A stretch of DNA of 63,995 nt, counting the filler, from Fonticula-like sp. SCN 57-25 (Eukaryota), in assembly GCA_001724245.1 (NCBI GenBank). It is 6 parts of 6 records of this genome, joined end to end, with 100 filler letters (N's around TTAATTAATTAA, not from the genome) between each part and the next. Parts side by side here need not be neighbours in the genome. Positions count along the whole stretch, not along the records: positions 1 to 11,996 come from MEDX01000205.1; positions 12,097 to 23,145 come from MEDX01000206.1; 4 more parts are not named here. The stretch is one strand, 5' to 3'. The notes beneath the pieces are model-generated. The model was given only the letters and a program-made list of their open reading frames with translations. It ran no database searches and had not been told where the DNA came from. Below, in pieces: positions 1-12,125 of the stretch. The first letter of the stretch is position 1. The number at the start of each line of letters is the position of its first letter. A program made the translations under genes and the position numbers.

Positions 1-574
1 CAGGTTGTGGCGAAGCATGTAGCAAACCGCGTACTTGTCGTACAAGTGTACTTCTAGAAAGGCGTAGAAATCCGACGTGACGATCACGCGGGGATCCTCT
101 CGGATCAGCGAGCCAAGGTAGGCCTCGAGCTCGGCGCGGCGCGTCTCGACCAGCTTGACATCAAACTTGTTGGCCGACTTTTTCGGCGGCTCTCTCGGAA
201 GCGAGCCAAATCGCTTTTTCAACTTTTCATGAAGCTCTAAAAAGTCGGAGAATCGACGACATACAGTCCAGCGATTGGATGTCGTCTGAACGTCTATGAG
301 GTACGCGGTAAACTGCCCAGCGGCATCCTTGCGCGATTCGGTGCGAGCAACCGTCACCGACTCGAAACCTGTCGACGCCGCGCCCGCACTAGACGGCGGC
401 GCTGGGCCGGGGATCCCCTCGCGGGTCACTCGCGGCAGCGGCTTCACAGGGGAATCAGTACGGTTTGAATGTTTTCGATGGGAACCGTACCGGCATCGCC
501 GGGCGATCCGCGGCCAAGTCGCGCGTGCTTCCGCCGCCCGACAGAGCAAAGAACCCGACTTTGGAGTCCGCCAT
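1..574 (-). CDS. PX-domain protein, nischarin-like N-terminus (runs off the window start)
   Basis: Manual translation: ATG at 574, GTACGG..AAG intron (about 442-490), then FTAYLIDVQTTSNRWTVCRRFSDFLELHEKL...PPKK...VETRRAELEAYL...FLEVHLYD. This is a PX domain, and the post-PX segment resembles nischarin FLHFHFYE. Confidence 0.75.
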
Positions 575-1189
575 GTCGGTTGACTCGCGTCCAGGCTCCG
601 ATGCTCTCCTCGGTGCCTCTCTCGACGCGGTCCAGCCAGCCAGGCGCTTGGCAGTTCTTTGGACGGCGGTGTTGACGGGGCGATTCGTGTGCTGATTGGT
701 GGGTTTGTCGCTAACGAGCAGAGCAAGTAAAGCGCTGTTTCAGGGGAAGGAAATATACAGAAGTGTACAGCTGAGCGTGTATTTTCATTTGCACCTGTGT
801 GGCTGCAATAAAGTGGTCTAATAGTCTCTCTCGAAAGTGCATTTGGTAGCTGAGTGCGCCAGGTTCTATTCGCGAGGTATGTCTGCCATCTAAATTTCAC
901 CCTCTGAACTATGGACCTTGGGATAAACACTCAACATGCAACATGCGCGCAGCAAGGAATATGCTGCTCTTTCCTAGACTTCAATAGGCACACATTCACT
1001 ATGGATATTGCTTCCATTTATCACTCTACGCTACACACAGAGTTATGCAGACCTTTGGATTCCGATGTATGGGTTGTTTGCAGTTTGCAGATTTCATTGC
1101 AAATTATGCGATCGGATTTTTTAGGAGCTTTTGCAGATATTTCCGCGGGCCGCGCGTAGGTGTGGGTGAGTGGCACACGCGGAGGCAAG

Positions 1190-4100
1190 ATGTTGGAGGG
1201 AGTGGTTTCCACTCTCCTCAACAAGGTATTAGGAGAGTTTGTAGACGATGTACAAGCCAGCCAGCTTGATATTGGCATTTGGAAAGGTGCGCATGGCGCC
1301 GCGGAAGTGATCCCGAGGTTAACGAACGCGGGGTGGCAGGTGACATTGTGCTGGAGAACCTCTCGCTCAAGGAAAATGCGCTTCGCAAGTTTGACCTTCC
1401 CATTGACGTGACGTATGGGTACCTGGGCAAGCTTGTTGTGCGCATTCCGTGGTCGAACCTCATGAGGGATCCCGTCCACATTGTGATCGACCGCCTCTAC
1501 GCGGTGGCCACGCCTCAGTTTGGCAGCGATGTACGCATGCCGACCCTATTTGCCATCTTCTGACTTTCTGTACGCTAGTATGACGCCTCGAAAGAAGCAG
1601 AGACCGCTTACCAGGCAAAGGAGAAGGCGCTTGCTGCGTTTGAGGCCTCTCGCAAGAAGGTGGCCGCCGAGCAGACCGAGTCTGGTGGCGGCGACTTTGT
1701 GGCGCGGCTGGTCGCCAAGCTCGTGGATAATCTGCAGCTGACGATCCAAAAAGTGCACGTCCGGTATGAGGACGCCGTGAGCCACGCGCAGGGGACGCTC
1801 GCATTGGGCGTTATTCTGGACGGCCTCACGGTGAAGACGATCCCCGGCGACGAAGAAACGGCGACGGCCGGCGTCGCCTTCAAGCAGCTCACGCTGAGCA
1901 ACCTCTCAGTGTACTGGGAAGACGAGTCTTTTTCAGCTGCGCGCAGCGCCGAAGCAATGGCGCCGCAAAACTTTTCGGCGAACGACACCCGTGAGCATAT
2001 TCTGCTGCCCACCGGCGCCGACGTCAAGGTACGCAGACCTTTTTTTCTCATTGCTTCTAACGCAGGCATAGTTGCGACTCGACACGTCTCGCCTGCCCGG
2101 CAAAAACTCGCCGCAAGTTGACTTGCAGGTCGACCTAGAAAAGCTCGCGCTGCAGCTGGATGACGCCCAGTTCCGCCAGCTGCTCGACGTTCTCAGCACA
2201 TTCAGCTCGTTCCAGCGCGGCGTCGTCTACCGTCACCTGCGCCCGCCTCGCCAAATGCTGATGCAGGGGAGCTCTGGCCGCTACCGGCAGTACTGGCGCT
2301 TTGCAAGTGCGCATTCTATTTGTTGGTTTTATTTATTCTAACGCGGCTGTTTTGCAGTTGACGTCGCTCTCTGGCAGGCGCGCCGCAAGCTTCACCCGTG
2401 GGCATGGAGCAACATCAAGCAGTGCTGCGACGACCGCCATACGTATATCGCCACCTTTAAGGCTGTAACGATTGGCGGAAAAAGCGCGACGGCTGACCAA
2501 AAGCTGGCGCTGGAGCGCCTTGAGCGCCGCCTTGACTTTGCCGACCTGTGCTTTTACCGCACCATTGCGCACGCCGAGATGAAGCGCGACCGCCAGGGCC
2601 CCGAGCACCAGACGACGCTCGGCTGGCTGACGAGCTGGATGGGATCCGCCGCGCCGGCCAACGCGACCATCAGCGACGAAGAGCGGCGAAAGCTCAACGA
2701 GTCGATCGGGTTTGACGGCGCTCGCAAGACGGTTGTCTATGCCCGCGATGTGCGTTTTGCTTTGCAGTTTGCGTATTTTGCTGACATTTTTGCGTCACAG
2801 TATGTGCGCTTCCGTGTTGGCGCCAATCTCAGCGGCGTGCAACTCTTGCTACGTCGCAAGGGCAAGTCGCAGACGAGCGATGTGGTACGACTACTCTCAT
2901 TATTTTGCACGATTTTGACTTTTTGTATAGGTTTCCCTCGGCATCAGCGGCGTTGGCGCGAATGTGTCGATTCGCCCCTCGTCTCTTGTGGTCAGCGCCT
3001 CCCTTGACGCTATTATCCTTGATGACCACGTCACCACGCGCGGCACCGCCGTTCCCATGATTGAGCGGACGGGCGACAAGGAGGGCAAGCTCCTCACGCT
3101 GTTCTTTGAGCAGGGCCCGCTGGACAAGCACGCCGATATTCAGGTGGACCTTGACCTGCAGCCTATTGTCGTGCGCTTCAAGCCGGCGCCCATCAAGACC
3201 ATTCTTCGTGCCTTTAAGCCGCCGGAGGACCGCGAGCTCAAGGAGCTGCAAAAGGCCGTTGCTCGCCGTCTGCTCTTCTTTACCGAGCAGACGCGCATCG
3301 GTCTGCAGCACAAGCTCACGACGCACACGACGCTCGATCTCAAGGTGAACATCAACGCTCCCGCCGTGATCATCCCGCACGAGCAGGGCACCATTGGTAT
3401 CGACCTTGGTCAGTTCACGGTCAAGTCCGAGCTGGTCGACCCGGCTCGCCGCGCCGCCGTGCTTGCAACGACCAGGCGGCTCGACGAATCGGAGATGCAA
3501 GAGCTAAAGTGCGATTTGTTTCTCTTGCTGCCTTGAAGCTTACGTTTTATGCAGGTCGTTCATGTATGACCGCTTTGATATCGGCGTTTGGTCGCTTCAA
3601 GTTGTCATTTGCGAGGACGAGGCGCAGTGCTTTAGGGACATGGCTGGACACAAGACTATGCCTTCGCACCTTCTTTGCCCGGCTGTGCTGGTGCGTTTCA
3701 TTTTCTGCTCTCTGCCTTTCTGACCACTTTTTCAGGACGTCACAATTGAGCAGTGCATTGTGGACCACGCCGCTGGCTTCCACTCGATGCGCGTCAGCGT
3801 CATTGTGGAGACCATTCACGTGGTCGCAACGAACCCGAAGCTCCGCTCTCTGCTCGCGGCGGTCGACGGCATCGTCGAGGCCGTGACGCCTGCGCCGAGC
3901 GCGGCCGATCGCCCGACGCCCCGCATTACCGTCGTCCCTGAGCTCGAGTACGCGACTTCCCTTGACGACATTGTCGGCGACCGCAGCAAGGAGCTCTTGA
4001 ATGTGTCCGAGTCGCAGCTGGTGTCGATGAGCGACGACAGCGTGGATGACGACGAGATTGAGTGGTTTGACGCGCTTGAGACGCAGCCGGTCGAGCCGGT

Positions 4101-7100
4101 TCCTTTCCACAACCACGTCACGCTGCTGGCCGAGCTCTCTGTTGTGGGCATCTGCCTCACGGCGGGGACGCAGGCGTCGCTCGTGTCCCCGATCGTCGAC
4201 CAGGTGGCCGCTGCGATTGATGCGCTGGAGGCGAACTTTTGCCAGCGGCTCGATGGCATGTCGGCCGCGGTGTCGATCAGGGCCGTGGACGTTGCTGCCG
4301 TCAGCGACAGCGTGAGGCGCACCATCGTCGCGCTCAACGATAGTACGGCCAATGTTCTTGTTGATCAGTATTCGCTCACGCAATTTTGCAGAGGAGGGAG
4401 ACTCGATCAAGGTTTCCTTTGCCCAGAGCGTTGCATCCGACGAGTCGGTTGCGCGCGAGTTGGGCGCCATTATTGGGATGGTCGTGCTCGATGCGGAGCC
4501 CGAGGTCGTCATGGGTCTGGTGGTGGACGCGCTTGCCATTGTCGATCTTCCAAAGTCGTCCGGCGCAGAGGAGGCGACCATCACCGAGATGCCCGACGAG
4601 GAGCACTTTGATGACGCCGACGAGTCCTTCGAGTCCGTGTCGGTGCTGGACACGAGCACGACGAGCGAGCTGGCGTCGCCCAAGGTGTCTGCTACGCTGC
4701 TCGTCGACGTCAAGCTCGGCGGCGTTCAGCTCAACTGCAAGCACTTTGACTCGCAGGTGGCCCAGATTGTCCTTGGCCACACGTCTGCGACCGTGCAGGT
4801 GAGCGACCAGTTGATGGTCGTGGAGGCGTCGGCGGGGCCGCTCGGCCTCGAGGCTGGGTCCGAGCGCGTCATGTTTACCGAGGAGAAGCACATTGCCACG
4901 CTGCTGTTCAGGCAGACAAAGGGATTGGCGCCGGACGCCTTCGTGCAGCTGCGCACCGCGCCGTTGGTGCTGAGCGTTTCGCCGCCGTCCGTCAATGCAC
5001 TCGCTTCATACGGTTTTGCGTACGTTTATGTGAATTTGCTATTTTGTTTGTTAATCATTTGCGTAGGTTTGGCGCGGCTGCGAGCACGCTGCCGTCCAAG
5101 AAGCCCGCCACCACCGCCGCCGTGGCTGCTCCCGCTCCTACGCCGGTCAGCGTCGAACCGGCTGTGCCGTTCCGCTTTGACCTTCACATTATGGCGCCGC
5201 GTTTCCACATCAACCGGACGTCGGCGGGCCAGCTTGCCGACATTCTGGTCGTCGACCTTGGCGAGCTGTCCGTTTCAAACGTCATTCACCAGGCCGACGA
5301 CGACGTCTCTTCCATCGACAGTGCGTATCTTTTTTTATATTTTCTACTTTACTGAATAGGTCCAATAGGCATTACGCTGGCTCTCAAGCGCGCCCACGTG
5401 CTGTCCCGCGTCGAGGCTGCCGACATGTCTGTTGTCGAGCGCACTCTCTTTGAAGAGTTTGCCGTTGACGCGACGATCGACCGCTCGCTTTCGGACACGT
5501 ACTTTGGCGTCCCCAAAATGGAGATTGGCGCGACGGTCCTTCCCGCCAAGATGTCGATCGCCGACACGGACCTTCTTCTGATCCTCTCGACGGTCGACGC
5601 GTTCATGTCGGCGCTGCCCAAGCCGCCCCGCTCGGCCGCCACCCCGGCGCATTCCAGCGCGCCCGCGGCCGTCGCCCCCGCGCCGGTCGTCAGGCCGCGC
5701 CATCACATGCTCGACCTGTCGCTCAACATCAGCGACATTTCGATTGCCTTTGCGCATGTCTCGGCGTACCCCATCGTGCTGTCCGAGAACCGGCCTGCGC
5801 GCAATGAGCTCCTGCTTGCCGCCAAGGGTTACGAAGTGATCCCCGTCAGCGCGATTACGATTTCATCGACGACGGTGCGCATGGCCAGCCGCGCCGACAC
5901 GTCGTCCGATATCGAGGTGACCGTCGCGGCCGTCACCATTGATGCCGCCAAGCGGTGCGTTTTTTTACGCGTTTTTTGGAAACCTTTTGCTGACTATGAT
6001 TCTAGGGAGACCTCGAACGCGCACAATCTGCCGCTGCTTCGGACGGGCGTCCTTAACGCGCGCGTCTCGCGCCAGTCGACCGGCGAGACGGCTATTTCCG
6101 TCCAGGTGGACAGCCCACACGTGACCGCCGATGTCGGAGCGTGGCTCGCTACCGCCGAGATTGCGCTTCTTCCGCTCGCCGACGCGCACCGGTCGGACTC
6201 TGTCAAGCCGTCGTCGTCGCCGGCGCTTCCGCCGATCAAGGATGCGGGCGCCGAAGCGCCAAAGGAAGACGGTCCGGGCATGACTATTGGCGTGCACATT
6301 GCCAACGTTCGTGTTGCCATTGTGCACCCCAAGGCGTCGGACTATGTCGAGCTCGTCGTCCCGCGCGTCGTCGTTGGCCTTTCATCAACGCCCGGCGCCG
6401 ACAGCATCACGGTCGATGTCGTCGATACGGTACTGCAGCGCTCTGCGTCGGACGCGCCGTCCACGACCATTTTGGTGCGCTCTTTTCCCTACTGTTGTCC
6501 TTTTCTAACGATATTTAAGGCCCCGGTGACGCTCGGCGTCAAGCTTGATACGCAGCGCGGCGAAGAAAAGTCGACCACGATTGTTGTTGACCTGATGATG
6601 CTCGACCTTGTCTTCCCCTTCTCGACCCTTTTGCTTCTTCAGCAGAGCGGCGAGCACATTACGAGCGCCACGAGCACGTCCGCCTTTTTGAACGCCTCCC
6701 TGCGCGCCCCGCCGGTCACCGAGTCGGAGGAAGAGGATATTGACATTCTCGCAAAGTCAGCGATCGAGTCGGCCGGACTCGACGACGGCTCTTCAATGAT
6801 GTCGATCACGAGCAGCAGCAGCGAGGCGTCGCTTCCGACCATCTCGTCACAGTCGCTCTCCCTGGCAAAGCCGCTGCGCAACGAGTCGCTCAAGGTCAGG
6901 CTAAAGGGCCTTTCGCTGCGCGTTCTCAATGACGCGCTCGAGACGCGCGTCCCGCTGCTCGACGTATCGCTCCCACCGTCCTCGATTTCTGTGAACGAAT
7001 GGTCGGGGTCGCTCGCCTTCAAGGCGCACTTTGCGCTGATTGTGAACCTCTACGATGCCGAGCGCGCCGCATGGGTGCCTGTCCTTGAAAAGTGGACGTG

Positions 7101-10100
7101 CTCGATTGGTGTTTCGCGCGCGGGCTCCAAGGGCGGTATGACAATCGACTTTGAAACGCCCACCCGCTTTGAGCTCGTGTTTGCATCGCACTACATGCAC
7201 GTGCTGCTCGAGGCCGCGTCGTCGTACTCGTCGCTCTCCATCAGGCCCGACAAGCTGCTCACCGAGTACTGCCCGTACCGCATCACAAACTCAACTGGCG
7301 CGCCGGTGCGCGTCTGGCTGTCGGACGGCCGCAAGGTGCAAGAGACGCAGGCGCCCGAGTCGGCTATTCTTGTCAAGGACGGCGACTGCGTTCCGTTCTC
7401 CGTCGACGCCGTACGCGCACATTTTTTGATAATTTTTTGATATTTTGAGTCTAATTTTGACTTGCAGAGCTCGTGGCTCATGGTCGCTGTTGGCGACTCG
7501 TTAGTGTCGGGTCGCGCCGTGGACGTTTCCAATCTTGGCGTCTGGACGACGCGGCTGGTGCCAGGCGTCAATGACGCGCACATGCTCCTCAAGGTGGACG
7601 TGCGGTACACCAACAGCGCGCGGATGATTACGCTGCGGTCTACTATGCTTGTCCGCAACTGCACGGACTTTCCGCTGCACGCGATCTGCGCGCTCGACGA
7701 GCAGCGGTTCCAAAAGGAGCTGCCGGTCGGCGGCGAGGTCGCCATTCCGATCGACTTTCAGCTCGATGGCTTCTTTTCGATCGTCACGAACGGTGCGCTA
7801 CTTTTTGTGTTGTTTGCCTTACTGAACTATCGGTTATAGATGATCAGCATGATGCCAGCGGTCCGTACGCGATGGCCGCGCTGCGCCGCCTCGTCAAGAA
7901 GGAGCACAAGGACCCCGTGGACGTGCTCCGCTGCCGCAAGAAGGCCTCTGCCCCCTCTGATGCGCGCGACTTTTGCGCCCAGGTTGGCGTTTACGTCGAA
8001 AACAACACGTTCGTCGTCGTGCTTCTCCCGCCGCTCACGATCGAAAACGCACTGCCGATCCCGCTGTGCTTTGACCTCATCGACAAGGCGGCGGGCCGGT
8101 CGATCACGACCGCCGTTATCGAGCCGTGCGGCTCCATGCGCTGCTACGACGACTCGCTGGTGACCAAGGTGCACATGAACATTTCGCTGCCCGAGGTTGG
8201 GTTCGCCACCAAGAAGCCGCTGCGCATTGTGCACCCGAGCAATGAAAAGGAGCGGTTGGTGTCGGACCTTGTGCCGCTCGTCACGAGTGGCTCGGACGAG
8301 ACGCTCTCCATTTGCATGAACAATTCGCTGAATGAGCACTGGAAGGGCGGCCGCCACGTTGTCTTTTTCGCGCAGTACCTGATGGTGGACCGCTCTGGCC
8401 TTGGCCTGTACTTTAAGAGCACCGGCCGGATCCCGAGCAATGCCTTTTCCTCGGACAAGCTCCCCTCGCAGTCGTCCAAGATTGCCGCCTTCCCGCCGGA
8501 GTCGGGCTGCCCCGTCACGCTCTTTGCGTCCAGCAAGCTCGAGCGCCTTGCCTCGGTTCGCACCAAGGACTCTAACTGGAGCAAGGCCTTTTCGATTGAG
8601 GCGACCGGCACGCACGGCGAGATGACGCTGACTGTCCCCAAGTCGACCACGCGTTACCAGCTTGGCATTGCCATCACGGTCGGCAGCGGCGCTTATCACC
8701 GCTCAAAGGTGATCACGTACGCGCCGCGCCACGTGCTCGTGAGCAACTGTGACTTGCCGCTGCAGTTCCTCCCGCAGCCGGACGAGCGCAACACGGCAGT
8801 CGACAAGATCGCCGCCGTGGGGCAGAACATGAAGAGCCTTGCCATGACGGCCGTCTCCACGTTGCAAGCCTCGCAAGCCATTGTTTCCGAGCAGAGCTCA
8901 ATGTCGGCGGCTGTTGCGGCGGACCCGCACCACCGCGTCATCAGCGTTGCGCCGCGTCAGCGCGCCGGGTGCCACCTCGACGAGCGCGAGTCGACGCTGA
9001 GCGTTCGCTTGGGCGACTCTGGCGAGTGGTCCTCCCCTTTCAGGGTCGTCGACGTCGGCGAGTCCTTTGTGGTCGTGACGCACCCGACGACTGGCAGGCG
9101 CGTTGTGCTGCGCGTTGACGTTGAGCTCGAGGGGTCTATTATGTTTATCAAGGTGTTTATCTACCGCGGCGAGCCGCCGTACCGCCTCGCGAACCACTCT
9201 TCGATCCCGATCTCTTTCCTTCAGCACGGCGGCCGCATCACGTACGAGGCGCTGCCGGGCGAGTCTGTCCCGTTCGTGTGGGAGGACCCGCTCAGCACCG
9301 AGCACGAAATCATCCTGCTCAGCGGGACGTTCCAGCGTCGCGTGGACCTCCGCACGATCGGCTCGTCGCGGTCGTTTGAGGTGAACGACAAGGGCCGCAT
9401 GAAGGTGACCGTCGCGCCCGAGAGCATCACGACGGTGGTGCACCTGCGGCCGGGTGCCAAGAAGCGAGGCTTTGGCGGGCGCTTCATGGACTCGGCGTCG
9501 GCGTTCAAGATCCCCGCCGTCAACCGCCTCAAGGGCGTGAAGAGCAAGTCCTCATCGACGACGTCGATTGGCTCGGGCGTCGACGCGGCGTCGGCGCTCG
9601 AGGATGAGGTCGAGGACGCACAGGAAGGCGCAGAGGGCGTCATGGCCGTCAAGATGGCCAAGTTTACGCACCTCAGGCTGAACGCGCGCATCGCCGGTTT
9701 GGGTCTCAGCATTATTAGCGAAAAGATGAAGGAGCTGCTGTACCTCAGCGTGCAGGACGTCAAGCTAAACTACTCGGACTCGGACATTGACAGGAACGTC
9801 GTGCTCACCGTGGAGAACTTGCAGATTGACGACACGTCGAGCGACGCCAATTTCCCCGTCGTGCTCTACCAGGCCGTGCCCAAGGAAAAGTCGGCGCCGG
9901 CGGTCAAGCTCGAGGAGATTGACACGTCGGGCATGACGGAGCAGGAGGCCGCGGCGGTCAAGCAGATCGCGGCCAATGCGCAGAGCGGCAAGCGGCCGTT
10001 CGTGCACTTTGCCATGCGAAACATCAAGCAACGCGCCAATCACGTGGTTGTCTTCCAGAGCTTTTCGCTCCTCTTGCAGGAGATTTTCATCGACGTTTCC

Positions 10101-11742
10101 GAAAAGTGCGCATTTTTTCGCGGCCTTTTATATTAACTAAACGTGTCTTTCAGGCTTTTGTTCCGCGTGCTCCGCCTTGTGAGCGCGACCTTCCCCGTCG
10201 GCAAGCCCGTCAACTCGATTGGCGAGGCGTCCGCGGCCGTTCCGTCGCCGCACACGCAGGACGCGCCGTCCACGCGCGTTTACTTTGGCGTGTTTGAGCT
10301 GCAGCCCATCCTTCTCAAGCTCACCTTTATGCACTCCAAGGAGGCTGGCGAAATGGTACGCGATAAAGTCATTTGTGAGGTGGGTCTAATGCTTGAATAG
10401 AACCCGGACAGCTTTGATGTGTTTGCGGTCGTGTTTGAGACGATGACGTCAGCCGTCGGCAACATTGACGGCGCACCGATCAAGCTCAATGGTACGCTAT
10501 AAAGTAGCGATTATAATGACCACTAACGGATTTTCTCCAATCAGCGCTCGAGATTCGCAACCTGAATGCGACGCAAAACGTGCTTGTTTCTCTGATTGTC
10601 AAGCACTATGTATCGCAGGGTATTCAGCAGGTTCACATGCTCCTCGGCTCGGCCGACCTTCTCGGCAACCCCGTCGGCCTCTTCACCGGCATCTCCACCG
10701 GCGTGACCGACTTTTTCTACGAGCCAATCAACGGCCTCGCGCGCGGCCCCGAGGACTTTGCCAAGGGCCTCGGCGTCGGCACGGCGTCGTTGTTGAAGGG
10801 CGTCGGGTTTGGCGTGCTCAACACGGCCACAAAGTTCACCGGCGCTGTCGGGTCGGGTCTCGCGCAAGTCACCATGGACGATAGCTACCAGGCCGAGCGC
10901 CAGGGTACGAAATTGAAAGTAAAGGATGTGTTTTTGCTGACATGTTGTAGCTGCTCGTGTGAGCGCGCGAGGTAACAATGCGACTCAGGGCGCCGTCGCC
11001 GGCATCACGTCGTTTGGCAAGGGCATCGGCAGCGGCCTCTTGGGCGTCGTCAAGAAGCCCGTCGAGGGCGGTACGCATCCACATGGCCACTTTCTTTTTG
11101 CTGATTTCGTGCTTTGCAGCCAAGTCTGGCGGCGTTGCTGGCTTTATGGGCGGCGTTGCCAAGGGCGGCCTCGGCCTCGTGGCCAAGCCCGTCGTTGGCC
11201 TCATTGACGCAACGTCTCACATTGCGCAGGGCATCCGCAACCAGGCCACTGACCACCGCGTGGCGATGCGCGTGCGCCTGCCGCGCCACATCCAGCGCAG
11301 CGGCGTCATCACACCGTTCTCGGCGCGCGAGGCGCTCGGCATGAGCATGATGCTTTCGATCGACCACGCGAAGCTGTACAGCTGGACGTATGTCGCGCAC
11401 ATTGAGGTGACGAGCCACAACACGATTCTGCTCATTGCGTTCGAGGGCGTCGCTATGGTCGACCCGTCAAAGGACGACGTCCTGTGGTCGGTGCCTTTTG
11501 TCGCGCTCGCCCACGTGTCAGAACAGCCGTACGCGCCGCTTTTTTGGATTATTTACCATACTGACTATATATTCTTTAGGTCTGGCTTTGCGCTCACCGA
11601 AAAGCACCCGAATGCGCTGCGGTCGCGCGAGCACTTTGTCGAGATCAAGGAGGAGGGCACGAGAAAGTCCGCCATCAAGACGATCAGCGAGACGCAGATC
11701 GATTGGGAAGCCGTCACGGCCGGCATGGAGTTTACCCTCTAA
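1190..11742 (+). CDS. VPS13: Vacuolar protein sorting 13 family bridge-like lipid transfer protein (about 22 exons)
   Basis: Chorein_N start MLEGVVSTLLNKVLGEFV..LDIGIWKG; VAB region (NWSKAFSIE, VITYAPRHVLVSN, PPYRLANHS); C-terminal LLGSADLLGNPVGLF..GVTDFFYEP, Gly-rich ATG_C and PH-like end. 21 short GT-AG introns join the ORF pieces. Confidence 0.95.
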
Positions 11743-11899
11743 GGACCATTTCAAATAGGCATGCAGAGCAAAAGCAAGTATAGCATGAAACTTTCATTTA
11801 AATTGTATTGACGATGAATGGAGGAAACAAATCGCAACTTTTTTGTCACAGCACCAAAGACGAAATTAAACCAATGGCATAATCACACTGCACGTGAGC

Positions 11900-11996
11900 T
11901 TACTTGGCCGAGACACCCGCGAGCTTGCGGAGGATCTGCTTGTAGTGGCCCGACGTGTCGCCGTCAATGTCGCCCTCGAGGGTCTTGTTGTGCTTC
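11900..11996 (-). CDS. Annexin, C-terminal fragment (truncated by contig end)
   Basis: Reverse translation KHNKTLEGDIDGDTSGHYKQILRKLAGVSAK* matches the last annexin repeat (GDTSGxY). Confidence 0.8.
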
Positions 11997-12096
11997 NNNN
12001 NNNNNNNNNNNNNNNNNNNNNNNNNNNNNNNNNNNNNNNNTTAATTAATTAANNNNNNNNNNNNNNNNNNNNNNNNNNNNNNNNNNNNNNNNNNNN
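11997..12096. other. Artificial contig-joining spacer
   Basis: N run with central TTAATTAATTAA (stops in all six frames). Confidence 0.99.
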
Positions 12097-12125
12097 TCGA
12101 TCAGCAAAGGTCAGCGTCCGTCTAC

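Noticed and set aside
1190-11742. Apparent frameshifts and stops suggesting pseudogenes or an alternative genetic code
   Set aside because: The breaks checked are explained by short GT-AG introns with branch points; TAA, TAG and TGA all serve as normal terminators in this window.
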